DNA of 64,000 nucleotides, taken from Candidatus Nanohaloarchaea archaeon (GTDB taxonomy: Archaea; Nanohalarchaeota; Nanosalinia; Nanosalinales; Nanosalinaceae). The notes under the pieces are model-generated. The model ran no database searches. It had not been told where the DNA came from and saw nothing but the letters and a program-made list of their open reading frames with translations. Numbering within the stretch: position 1 is the first letter of the stretch; every line of letters begins with the position of its first letter. Below, piece by piece: positions 31,674 through 40,413 of the stretch. The stretch lies in contig JBDGRK010000003.1 in the NCBI GenBank assembly GCA_042218075.1, positions 50,754 to 114,753 on the forward strand, given 5' to 3'. A program made the position numbers and the translations under genes.

Positions 31674-32249
31674 ATGAGCTACTACAAATACGCCAGAGAA
31701 CAGTACGAGCAGCCGAAAGAGAACCTTGAAGAATTGTGGCAGGAAAGACTGGTGGAGTGGAGACAGCAGGAAACTGTTGTGAAGGTGGATAATCCTACCA
31801 GGATACCAAAGGCAAGGCAGAAAGGCTACAGGTCGAAGAACGGCTTCTCAATAGTTAGATCAAGGGTCAGCAAGGGAGGATCGAAACGTAAAAGACCTTC
31901 AGGCGGTAGAAGGCCCAAGAGAGCCGGACAGAACCGTTTCTCACCCTCCAAGTCGAAACAGGTGATTGCGGAGGAGCGCGCATCAAGCAAATACAAGAAC
32001 CTTGAAGTGCTAGACTCTTACTGGGTCGCAGAGGATGGAAACAGGAAGTGGTTCGAGATCATCATGGTGGATCCCGAACATCCGGAGATAGAGAGTGACG
32101 AAGAACTAAACTGGATCTGCAACGATAGAGATAGAGCGGAGAGAGGAGTTACCCCTGCCTCCAGAGAATCGAGAGGCCTCGAGAATAGAGGAAAGGGTGC
32201 GGAGAAGCTCAGGCCTTCACTCAATGCAAATGAGAACCGTGGCAAGTGA
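31674..32249 (+). CDS. rpl15e: 50S ribosomal protein L15e
   Basis: PTRIPKAR.KGY, GRRPKRAG, IAEERA, SYWVAEDG.RKWFE. Confidence 0.97.
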   Translation: MSYYKYAREQYEQPKENLEELWQERLVEWRQQETVVKVDNPTRIPKARQKGYRSKNGFSIVRSRVSKGGSKRKRPSGGRRPKRAGQNRFSPSKSKQVIAEERASSKYKNLEVLDSYWVAEDGNRKWFEIIMVDPEHPEIESDEELNWICNDRDRAERGVTPASRESRGLENRGKGAEKLRPSLNANENRGK

Positions 32250-32254
32250 ATATA

Positions 32255-32842
32255 TTAATCTGAGAGTATAATTTTGGAACCATTCTTGGTAATTTTTTCA
32301 GAATTTCTTATCCTATTATCAACGCTCTGAGGTTCCAGTAAAGGAGGAACAGATTCCTCAAATTCATATATTAAATTGTTAAATTCTGTTGTTAGCGATT
32401 TCCTAGTGTAGGATTCTCCCTCTTTTTCTCTAACAATGTTCTCCATTATCCTCATTTCATGTACAAATGTAGGCATACTCTCCATCTCGCGAAGCTCACG
32501 CGAAATCTCGAGTAGATACTCGCAAATCCTTTCATAGGTCATTTTTTCTCCTTCCTCCAGCGGAGCCTTCTTGCCTTTAAGAGCGTATGTATTATTATTT
32601 TTACTCAAAGCATCAACCACATCTGATAGCTCGCTTAATGCTCTACCAACGTTATAGGTTCTCAATCCATATTTTTCGGCTATATCATCGGCTTCCATCT
32701 TTATAGATGTGAATTCCTGTCCGTTCTCCATCCTTCTCTCCACTTCATCTTTTATGTAGTGACCGATCTGCGTCGAATAACGCTCCTTGAAGTAACGTTC
32801 GCCATCACCTTTCCCAACCTTTGCCTCTGGTTCTATGCTCAC
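32255..32842 (-). CDS. Orphan with probable winged-HTH
   Basis: EADDIAEKYGLRTYNVGRALSEL...NNNTY. Confidence 0.55.
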   Translation of the reverse strand: MSIEPEAKVGKGDGERYFKERYSTQIGHYIKDEVERRMENGQEFTSIKMEADDIAEKYGLRTYNVGRALSELSDVVDALSKNNNTYALKGKKAPLEEGEKMTYERICEYLLEISRELREMESMPTFVHEMRIMENIVREKEGESYTRKSLTTEFNNLIYEFEESVPPLLEPQSVDNRIRNSEKITKNGSKIILSD

Positions 32843-32970
32843 AGCCTCTGATCTATTCAGGAAAATTTATATCTATAGATTACGGATTCCCGAGTACTAT
32901 TTTATTTTCTAGTTTACAACTTTTCCGAACATTTAGATATTTTCACAAATATAAGATTCGAACTTTAGTC

Positions 32971-33981
32971 ATGCCTATGGCTGGATTAGGTGAAGATACC
33001 TATTTACAGATCGGAGAAGAAGCATACAAAGGATTAAGGAGGTCTATAGGTTCTGGAAATCTCAACAAGATTCCGGAAGATTACCTGCCACTTGCTTTCC
33101 ATCCTTCTGTCTATCCACGTGAGGCTGCAGGGGCTGCTCTGGCAGTTTACGAAACTCAGCAGAATTTCAGATCAATTGAAAGTGTAGCCGAAGAATTCGG
33201 TGTCTCAGGAATTAACTTAGAAGAAATTATCGAAGAAATTGAGTCAGAATCTGATATAGAGGGAATGACTCTAGATGAATATATTTCACATATTTCTGAA
33301 GAAGAGGTTCCGGAAGGATATTTAACGGATATCTCACTTATAGCTATGGCTGAAAAATTAGAGGAAACATGGTTAGAAATGCGTACGGGAGGAATTGACA
33401 TAGAAGATAGAGATCAACTGGAAGAAAGTGACGAACTTTTGGCTTTCTGGTTTCAGAATGATGGTAGCTGGATTGATATAGGTTATTATGATAACGGTAA
33501 TGTAGTGTTCGATGCAAGTAGGTCCATAAGGTACTTTCCTGTGCCAGAAAATGGATTGGGGCCAAACTTTTCCTACGGGGGAGTTTCTCCAGAAATTGAC
33601 GATGTAAGAGTTGATTTTGAAGGGGCAGTAGAAATTGGAGAATATGATGATATAATCTGGTCGGCATACAGTGAGACAGACCGCCTCCAGGGACTTTTCC
33701 TGAAGGATCGGGTTCAGGATAGGATCAATTCAAATATTGAATCAAATTTTGAATTTGAACCAAATGAAAATGAATTAAGGGAGAGAATACTCTACCTCTT
33801 TGCCCAGGATTTCTCACAGCGCGATATAGCCGAACATTTAGATATTGGTAAAAATAAGGTTCAAGATATTGCAGGATCGTTAAAAGAAGATGAGCTAATT
33901 GATACAAGGCGCGGGCCTGGCGGAGGCACGTTTCTTACAGATGCTGGAAGATTGGAATTAAACAGGAAGAAGACTTCATGA
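32971..33981 (+). CDS. Orphan with TFB-cyclin-like N-terminus and C-terminal winged-HTH
   Basis: PREAAGAAL...RSIESVAEEFGVS; SQRDIAEHLDIGKNKVQ...DTRRGPGGGTFLT. Confidence 0.6.
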   Translation: MPMAGLGEDTYLQIGEEAYKGLRRSIGSGNLNKIPEDYLPLAFHPSVYPREAAGAALAVYETQQNFRSIESVAEEFGVSGINLEEIIEEIESESDIEGMTLDEYISHISEEEVPEGYLTDISLIAMAEKLEETWLEMRTGGIDIEDRDQLEESDELLAFWFQNDGSWIDIGYYDNGNVVFDASRSIRYFPVPENGLGPNFSYGGVSPEIDDVRVDFEGAVEIGEYDDIIWSAYSETDRLQGLFLKDRVQDRINSNIESNFEFEPNENELRERILYLFAQDFSQRDIAEHLDIGKNKVQDIAGSLKEDELIDTRRGPGGGTFLTDAGRLELNRKKTS

Positions 33982-34139
33982 TGAATTTGCTGGAAATCAA
34001 CTACCTCTCAAATCTTTACCACTGAGACTTCGGTAGGTCTCGCCAGTTTTGATCCAACCTGATAGCTTTTTCAAGTAACGGAATCTCCGGCAAGCTCTCC
34101 ACTTCAATTTAAACCAGATTTATCCAATCCCTTTAACCG

Positions 34140-34253
34140 ATGAGCGGAGGATTTGCACGTGAAGTCGGTTCCTGTTACAGAACTCAGGGTCACGAAATCG
34201 TGGAGGATGAACAAGGAGTTGTGATATGCATCCACTGCGGGGAAAGACTATGA
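34140..34253 (+). CDS. 37-aa zinc-finger microprotein, copy 2 (absent from ORF track)
   Basis: MSGGFAREVGSCYRTQGHEIVEDEQGVVICIHCGERL; 26/37 identical to copy 1; stop overlaps next ATG. Confidence 0.8.
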   Translation: MSGGFAREVGSCYRTQGHEIVEDEQGVVICIHCGERL

Positions 34254-35080
34254 ATCTTCCGCTGGAAAAGGTAGAGAAGCTTGAGAAAAGGGAATTAGCC
34301 AAACAGATGGATCTTTCGGAGGAAAGGCTTGACGAAAAACTGAGGGATCTCGGATTCACTTCACTTGCAGATTTCACAGATAACCAGTCCCGAACAGAGA
34401 AAAAGAAGATTAACTACAGCTTATCGGAAATGGAGAAAAGAAAGCTTCAGGGATTGCTTGGGGAGAAAGTCACAAGATTCATCGAAGGCAAAATCAGGCG
34501 TTTCATCAGATCAGGCTTCAACAATGAATGGATAATCAAATCCTACCTGGACCTGAGAACTCTGGATGAATGCCGACAGCTTCACTTCGGGGAAAGACAG
34601 AGCTTCCAGGGTAACAGCCTGTCGATAAGCGGTGGAAACGTCACACACTACGGGGTGGAGGAAGAAGTTATAAGGGAAAAAATAAGGCAGAAGCATTACG
34701 CATGCAGCGCCTATCTTTTCGAAAAATTCACGGAATACCAGGTTCCATCTATAGATCATGTGCTTTACGCGCTTAGAAAGACGGGGGAAACAGAAAGTTT
34801 TGAATATAGAGTGAAAGATCACTCTGAAGAATCCGGAAGTTTCACTGGTGAAAAACTGGAAGTGGATCTGGAGAAGATCCGGGATTTCAAGGTGATCGGG
34901 CTGGAGGTGAAGACGAGTGAAAGCTCCGATGCTGAAAATCTCTTTTCCAGTCTCCAGAGAGAAGTACGTGATACCGCGAAAGAATCAGCATTCCTCGACC
35001 TCTATAAAGCTCACGTCAATTACAGCATTTCGACCCAGAAGATTCCGGAAGAAGTGCCAGTGGAGATTGAGAAGGTTTAA
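34250..35080 (+). CDS. PD-(D/E)xK nuclease-like protein
   Basis: PSID...IGLEVKTS...FSSLQ motif pattern. Confidence 0.55.
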   Translation: MNLPLEKVEKLEKRELAKQMDLSEERLDEKLRDLGFTSLADFTDNQSRTEKKKINYSLSEMEKRKLQGLLGEKVTRFIEGKIRRFIRSGFNNEWIIKSYLDLRTLDECRQLHFGERQSFQGNSLSISGGNVTHYGVEEEVIREKIRQKHYACSAYLFEKFTEYQVPSIDHVLYALRKTGETESFEYRVKDHSEESGSFTGEKLEVDLEKIRDFKVIGLEVKTSESSDAENLFSSLQREVRDTAKESAFLDLYKAHVNYSISTQKIPEEVPVEIEKV

Positions 35081-35334
35081 GAAAATAAATTTGTGAAGAA
35101 AGTTCATTTCTAAGCCGATGAGGAAGTTTCCAAAGCCTATGTTTAAGTTAAGCCTGAGGGGTTTTAATGTACTCCTAGACAGAGAATTTTATCAATATAA
35201 CATCTTCTGTTCTCTCAGCTTCTGAGAAGTAAGTTATATTTGACATTCATTCAATTCGATTTGAATCGAACATTAAACCATGGTATAAAAAGTAAAAGTT
35301 AGACAGTCGTTTTTCAGAAGGTATTTAATCAAGA

Positions 35335-35514
35335 ATGGTATTAGATTTAATAGGTCTAGGTTTAGGAGGCGGAATAGCAGCTACCGCAGTTCTCAGCTTT
35401 GTATTACTGCTCTATGTAATATTCGATGTAATAGTGTCGGAGGAAATGCTTTTACTGGAGAAACTGACCTTTTCGACTTTAAACAGGAAACGAGCAAGTC
35501 ATTCAAGGATTTGA
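35335..35514 (+). pseudogene. Truncated small membrane protein (PLDc N-terminal-like) fused to integrase remnant
   Basis: MVLDLIGLGLGGG...LLYVIFDVIVSEEMLLLEKL, then an abrupt non-hydrophobic tail. Confidence 0.4.
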
Positions 35515-35765
35515 CGGTGGAACGGTGGCGTCTGTGGGAAGACCTTCGTTCTCTGGCAGTAGATGCAGGACTTAATGAGGCAGAAAAGCTATCAAGTCAC
35601 GATTTTCGAACCAGCCAAATACGTAAAGTCTACAACACAGTCAGAGACCTCAAGAAAACTGCTCTCGTTGCACGGCATAATTCTTCCGAGACGACTGAAG
35701 ATTATTATCTCGCAGGCGACGAAGAAGAAACTCTGAATACCTACACAGAGACCTTTGAAGATTGA
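35463..35765 (+). pseudogene. Tyrosine integrase C-terminal remnant
   Basis: SSHDFR (HxxR), ARH, TTEDYY catalytic Tyr; N-terminus missing. Confidence 0.8.
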
Positions 35766-35767
35766 TT

Positions 35768-36211
35768 TCAGATGCTTTCATCGGTTCGATACCCTACATA
35801 GCATTCTATTTTTTCTGAATCGTTGGCTAAGATTTTGGCGATTGTTCGGTGGTTTCCGTCGTTTATCATTCCCCAGGTATCTGCTATATCCCAGTCCTTC
35901 TTTCCGTGAACTCTGTTTAATCTATCTCGTTTGCTCTCTCTGTTTCCAGGAGTTACGACCCAAGGATAAAATTCATTCAAGACCTCAGGGACTTCCTTCA
36001 AACGCATTATATACTTTACATTCTTGTATTTGTCTGGGTCAGCCTGTTCTACGAACTCTATAATGGCGTCAGCGTCCGACTGATAGATGTCGTGTTCTGT
36101 AAGAAGTTCTCGGGTTTTGCGTTCGACTTCAGGCGATACAACGTCTGAGTCGATGTTGATTTGAACTTTGTCTGGTGTTTCGTCTTCGTTGTCGTGTTGT
36201 GGTGTTGTCAT
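35768..36211 (-). CDS. ParB/Srx-like protein, probably from a mobile element
   Basis: INDGNHR motif; next to integrase remnant. Confidence 0.6.
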   Translation of the reverse strand: MTTPQHDNEDETPDKVQINIDSDVVSPEVERKTRELLTEHDIYQSDADAIIEFVEQADPDKYKNVKYIMRLKEVPEVLNEFYPWVVTPGNRESKRDRLNRVHGKKDWDIADTWGMINDGNHRTIAKILANDSEKIECYVGYRTDESI

Positions 36212-36429
36212 CTTCAGGAGTCACCTTTGTTGTTTGGGTGACCCCTCGGGGTCAGAAACGGTGTTCTGACGCTGTTGGAAGGATTGCTCCCTCTTTACTT
36301 TCACCATCCATCCTGCTCTTCCCCACTTAGAGAAGGAGGATGTCCCCACGTATCGTCCGAAGGATACGTCGTGAAAACTGCCTCAATCAATTCCCACGAG
36401 CTGTGGGCTTACGAAGCAAGTTTTCACAA

Positions 36430-36571
36430 AGCCCCCTCCGAGATTTGAACCCGGGACCTCGTCCTATCCAGATTGTTTCGAAGATCAGAGATCTTCTCAA
36501 GCCACCATCTCTCACATAGTTCGAGAAAGTGGCATTACCAAGGACGCGCTCTACCGCTGAGCCAAGGGGGC
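36430..36571 (-). tRNA. tRNA-Thr(GGT) with 70-nt insertion at position 37/38 (36466..36535)
   Basis: GCCCCCT acceptor, GCTCAGCGGTAGAGC D-arm, CGTCC-TTGGTA^A-GGACG, GGTTCAAATC T-loop. Confidence 0.88.
36478..36533. repeat. Double-hairpin element within tRNA-Thr intron
   Basis: TCGAAGATC-AGA-GATCTTC-TCAA followed by GCCAC...GTGGC. Confidence 0.75.
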
Positions 36572-36627
36572 TTTAATGTGAAGAGTTCCTGTTATTTTCT
36601 TAATAGTTAACTAAGAGTTTTCCGATA

Positions 36628-37149
36628 GTGACAGGTAAAAAAGAATTTGTAGAGGAATTTCTGGAGCGAAACCAAGAAGCTAAATCAATAGGTGACGGCT
36701 ATCTTCACGAAGGAGAAGATATAGTCATCAAAGTTGTGGAACCTGAACGCGTTACAGAGGTTGAGGAAAACTTTTCTGTTTTCAGTAATTTCTGGGACCA
36801 GACCGCCATTTATTCAGTGTGGGAATTTGACGAAGAAGTCTCCGGATATTCTCCTGAAAACTACTTTGTACCGCAGGAAAGGGCGGACAGGGTACTTTCA
36901 ACTTCTGATTTCAATGATCCGGAGATCAGGAAGATGTTGATAGATACAGTAGAAAGTTTTTGCGAAAACAGGCTTGTACTCGATAACTGGATTGACAATT
37001 TTGGAGTTTTCAGGTACAATGGTGATAGAACAGTAAAGTATCTTGATGTTCAGGATATGCAATCAGTTAGACCGTTAAAGGCTACAGGTTATGAAGATCC
37101 CTTTGAACCATTTACCGCCAGGTACTTGAATCAGCCCGCTGACTGCTGA
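36628..37149 (+). CDS. Orphan with possible minimal kinase fold
   Basis: IVIKVV, LDNWIDNFG, KYLD. Confidence 0.5.
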   Translation: MTGKKEFVEEFLERNQEAKSIGDGYLHEGEDIVIKVVEPERVTEVEENFSVFSNFWDQTAIYSVWEFDEEVSGYSPENYFVPQERADRVLSTSDFNDPEIRKMLIDTVESFCENRLVLDNWIDNFGVFRYNGDRTVKYLDVQDMQSVRPLKATGYEDPFEPFTARYLNQPADC

Positions 37150-37157
37150 ATTAAAAT

Positions 37158-37319
37158 TCAACCCGCGAACTCTTCATTCTTCTTCCTGAGGTGTGAGTAA
37201 CCGCATTTCCTGCATGAAGCGTTTTCCGGGTTCTGGGTCCTGTTCCTGGCGTTGCATTTTCTGCACACGTATACATCGCCAAAGATTCTTTCCTTCGCCT
37301 CATCAAAACGCTGTGCCAT
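37158..37319 (-). CDS. rpl40e: 50S ribosomal protein L40e (absent from ORF track)
   Basis: MAQRFDEAKERIFGDVYVCRKCNARN...CRKCGYSHLRKK. Confidence 0.93.
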   Translation of the reverse strand: MAQRFDEAKERIFGDVYVCRKCNARNRTQNPENASCRKCGYSHLRKKNEEFAG

Positions 37320-37384
37320 TTACAATACCTAGGAATAGAAAAGGGCTGTAATTTTAAATAAGCTGGAAGCCGGAGAAACATGTA

Positions 37385-38188
37385 ATGAGTCTGGCCCAGG
37401 CCGTGATTCTCGGAGTTCTGCAGGGAGTTTTCGAGTGGCTTCCGGTTTCCAGTGAGGCAGTGATATCGATAGTTATGACGCAGGTGTTTGGTGCTGGAGT
37501 CACTGAGTCACTGAACTCCGCGATCTGGCTCCACACCGGCACGATGCTAGCGGCTCTTATCTACTTCAGGAAGGACTTCAGTGAGATGCTTGACTTCTCC
37601 TTTGAAAGACTGAAGAACCGGAACTTTGAAATTGAAGAAACGGAGACCGGGAAAGTCTTTGCCTTCCTGCTCGTGGCAACGGTATTTACATCGGCAGTCG
37701 GTGGCGCAATCTATCTTGGAGTCCTGCAGTTTTTGAACTCCCGTCCTGATCTCTTCGCAGGGCTTACAGGGGCGGCTCTGCTCGCGACCGGGCTACTCAG
37801 GTTCTACCAGGGAGGCGATGAACGCAACCCTAAGAACCTCGACCTGATTGACTCTTCCTTAGTCGGAGTTCTGCAGGGAATGGCGGTGATTCCGGGAGTC
37901 TCCAGGTCAGGCTCCACAGTCTTCGGTCTGCTATACAGGAATTTCTCCGGTAGAGAGGCTTTCAGACTTTCCTTCCTGCTGAGCGTTCCTGCGATACTCA
38001 TCGCCAACATCGGGATCAACATCCTGTCCGGATTTACAGCCGGTACCGAGATGATAGTTGCGGCGGGTGTGGCATTTGTAGTAGGCTACCTATCCATTGA
38101 TATAGTTCTGAAAATCGCGGAAAAAACAGCAGTGGCCTACCTGTGCTTTATATTGGCCATGTTCAGTTTTGTTCCAGTTTTTCTCTAG
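37385..38188 (+). CDS. uppP: Undecaprenyl-diphosphate phosphatase (BacA family)
   Basis: QGVFEWLPVSS, LHTGT, PGVSRSGST, SFLLSVP. Confidence 0.93.
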   Translation: MSLAQAVILGVLQGVFEWLPVSSEAVISIVMTQVFGAGVTESLNSAIWLHTGTMLAALIYFRKDFSEMLDFSFERLKNRNFEIEETETGKVFAFLLVATVFTSAVGGAIYLGVLQFLNSRPDLFAGLTGAALLATGLLRFYQGGDERNPKNLDLIDSSLVGVLQGMAVIPGVSRSGSTVFGLLYRNFSGREAFRLSFLLSVPAILIANIGINILSGFTAGTEMIVAAGVAFVVGYLSIDIVLKIAEKTAVAYLCFILAMFSFVPVFL

Positions 38189-38654
38189 GAACTGAATCTA
38201 ATAATCTTCCTATCATCCAGTAATCTTCTACCTTACCTGTCATTCTTCTTCTAGAGGAATCACTGAACCTGTTTTGAGCTAGGTCAATATCTTCCAGGTA
38301 ACCCATTACAGCTCCGTAGGCACTGTTACTTACGGAAAACTGACTATTGCTGACCGCTCTATTTGCAGGAGTTAATTTTGAGCATGCTGTTCTGCATACC
38401 TCCTGATAGTAATTTTCTATCATCGAGACATGGATCTCATCTACCTTCTCATCGGAGTTGACCAGTTCTTCATACTTTTCAAAGGCTTTTCTGATAATTT
38501 CAAGACCTTCTCTACCCCGGTATCGGATATAATCAGTTTCTTCACTGACAAAATTATCTAGACTGTCATGCTCGCTTAAATCGAAGTCAGAAGCTTCGCT
38601 CAGCATGTAAATTAACTCAAGGTCTTTCTCACTTTCTACTTGAACTGAACTCAT
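38163..38654 (-). CDS. Orphan, possible C-terminal winged helix
   Basis: AT-richer acidic ORF convergently overlapping uppP. Confidence 0.55.
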   Translation of the reverse strand: MSSVQVESEKDLELIYMLSEASDFDLSEHDSLDNFVSEETDYIRYRGREGLEIIRKAFEKYEELVNSDEKVDEIHVSMIENYYQEVCRTACSKLTPANRAVSNSQFSVSNSAYGAVMGYLEDIDLAQNRFSDSSRRRMTGKVEDYWMIGRLLDSVPREKLEQN

Positions 38655-38705
38655 ACCGCAGTTTTTAGACCCAAAATTAATAGTATGTTTATCCAAACTC
38701 AAATT

Positions 38706-39266
38706 ATGAGAAAAGTTATTGTCATAGGCGGAGGAGTTTCCGGTCTACAAGCAGGTGTTTTCACGGCAAAAGCCGGCGAAGACACTCTAGTTCTCGATAC
38801 TGACGAGTCACTTGTATTCAACACTTCAAACATCCAGAACCTAATAGGCCACGAGTCAGTATCAGGGCAGGAGCTGATCAGGTCGGGCAGGAACAAGCTG
38901 GAAGAGTTCGATGGAGAATTAAAGGAGGAAAAAGTCGAGAAAGTTGAGAGAACTGATGACGGCTTCAGGATCGAGACCGAAAACGGGGAGCACGAATCCG
39001 AGTACATCATCGTTGCTTCCGCCGGGGAACTGGATTTCCTCGATCCTCTAGAGCTTGAATTCGAGGATGGCGTGGAAGGACCCTACATGATGGAGGAGCA
39101 TATCAGGACCGACGACTCAAATAAAGCAGGAGAGGGAATCTACGCCGCAGGACTCGCCAACTCCTGGGAGTACCAGACCTCCACTGCTATAGGAGACGGG
39201 GCGAAAGCCGCTTTAAACCTGATCTCTGAGATTAATGGAGAACCATATACAGATCACGATACCTGA
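38706..39266 (+). CDS. Short FAD-dependent oxidoreductase (TrxB-like)
   Basis: IGGGVSG, IVASAG, GIYAAG, TAIGDG. Confidence 0.88.
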   Translation: MRKVIVIGGGVSGLQAGVFTAKAGEDTLVLDTDESLVFNTSNIQNLIGHESVSGQELIRSGRNKLEEFDGELKEEKVEKVERTDDGFRIETENGEHESEYIIVASAGELDFLDPLELEFEDGVEGPYMMEEHIRTDDSNKAGEGIYAAGLANSWEYQTSTAIGDGAKAALNLISEINGEPYTDHDT

Positions 39267-39314
39267 GAACTCTACTGTAACAATAAGGTTAATAAGCAAA
39301 TGCGCAGTTAGCCT

Positions 39315-39662
39315 ATAGCCCTACTAGGTTCCATCATAGTGTTCCTGGTCAGCCTGGTTATAGGCTACCTGGGAATCTATACAGGCAGTATGATAGTTGC
39401 TGGAGGCAGTTTCGGGAGAGCTTTTGGAACAGCCTTAATAGGAGCTATTGCCTGGGCTCTTTTGTCATGGATACCTCTGATCGGTTCGGCTCTGGCATTG
39501 ATTGCCTGGGTTACAGTGATCAACATGCGGTACGAGGGAGGATGGATTAATGCGATCCCTATCGAGGCGGTATCCTGGATCGCTACTCTCTTCATACTGT
39601 ACCTTCTGGTGCAGTTTGGAATAGGAGATTTCAATCCGGTAAGTGTGCCGGGCACAACTTGA
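39315..39662 (+). CDS. Small membrane protein (start ATA at 39315 or GTG at 39339)
   Basis: Four TM segments, RYEGGWINA. Confidence 0.65.
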   Translation: MALLGSIIVFLVSLVIGYLGIYTGSMIVAGGSFGRAFGTALIGAIAWALLSWIPLIGSALALIAWVTVINMRYEGGWINAIPIEAVSWIATLFILYLLVQFGIGDFNPVSVPGTT

Positions 39663-39678
39663 ATTACATTATTGTTTC

Positions 39679-40407
39679 TCAGTCGATGTAACTGCTAACA
39701 GTCTTTGCTCCTTCTACCAGCCTGGGCCCCGGACGGTTCAGTAGAGCGTCATCGATCACATGAACATTTTCCTCTTGTACCGCTGTAATTTCACTCCAGT
39801 CATCCCTCTTGAGAACTTCTTCAGGACTCAGGTTGTCTCCGGCACCGCAGACGTTCAGAAAAATGTATTCCGGATCAAACCCCTTCAGCTCTTGGAGATC
39901 AAATTCTCGGCTTCTTCCACCATCGATAAAGTATTCTCCTCCAATATACCTGACAAGATCTGGAATCCAGTTGCCGGAAACCATCGGCGGATCCATCCAC
40001 TCCTCGCAGTAGATCCTGGGACTATCCTTAAGCTCAAACCCTTCCAATTCAGCTTGCATCTCACTTACAACGGCTTCAGCCTCGCTTTCCATACCGATTC
40101 GCTCCCCTATCGAGACAATTGACTTGAAAACCTCCTCAAGACTGTGAGGCTTTACCTGGAACACATCAAAGCCCGTGTCCTCGAGCTTCTCCACCGCTCT
40201 ATCCTGCAGGTCATCCGAGGCCATGATTAAATCAGGTTCAAATTTTTGAATTCGATCGATCTCAGGATTGGTCCAGCCGCCAACCGAGGGCTTTTGCCTC
40301 GCCTCGGTAGGGTGATCACATAGCGAGGTTGTCGCAACGATCCTGTTTGCTGCTCCTATGCTGTACAGAATTTCAGTGTTGGAAGGTGCCAGTGAAACTA
40401 TTCTCAT
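39679..40407 (-). CDS. Cobalamin-binding BtuF-like protein without signal peptide
   Basis: RIVSLAPSNTEIL, CDHP, LNRPGPRLVEG. Confidence 0.85.
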   Translation of the reverse strand: MRIVSLAPSNTEILYSIGAANRIVATTSLCDHPTEARQKPSVGGWTNPEIDRIQKFEPDLIMASDDLQDRAVEKLEDTGFDVFQVKPHSLEEVFKSIVSIGERIGMESEAEAVVSEMQAELEGFELKDSPRIYCEEWMDPPMVSGNWIPDLVRYIGGEYFIDGGRSREFDLQELKGFDPEYIFLNVCGAGDNLSPEEVLKRDDWSEITAVQEENVHVIDDALLNRPGPRLVEGAKTVSSYID

Positions 40408-40413
40408 CTTATA

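Noticed and set aside
35151-35170. 16/20 match to the tRNA-Thr 5' end and upstream bases as an att site
   Set aside because: Short, partly low-complexity, and att duplicates normally involve the 3' end; no 3' duplicate was found
37151-37381. 76-aa ORF in the track
   Set aside because: Wrong frame; the real gene is rpl40e at 37158..37319
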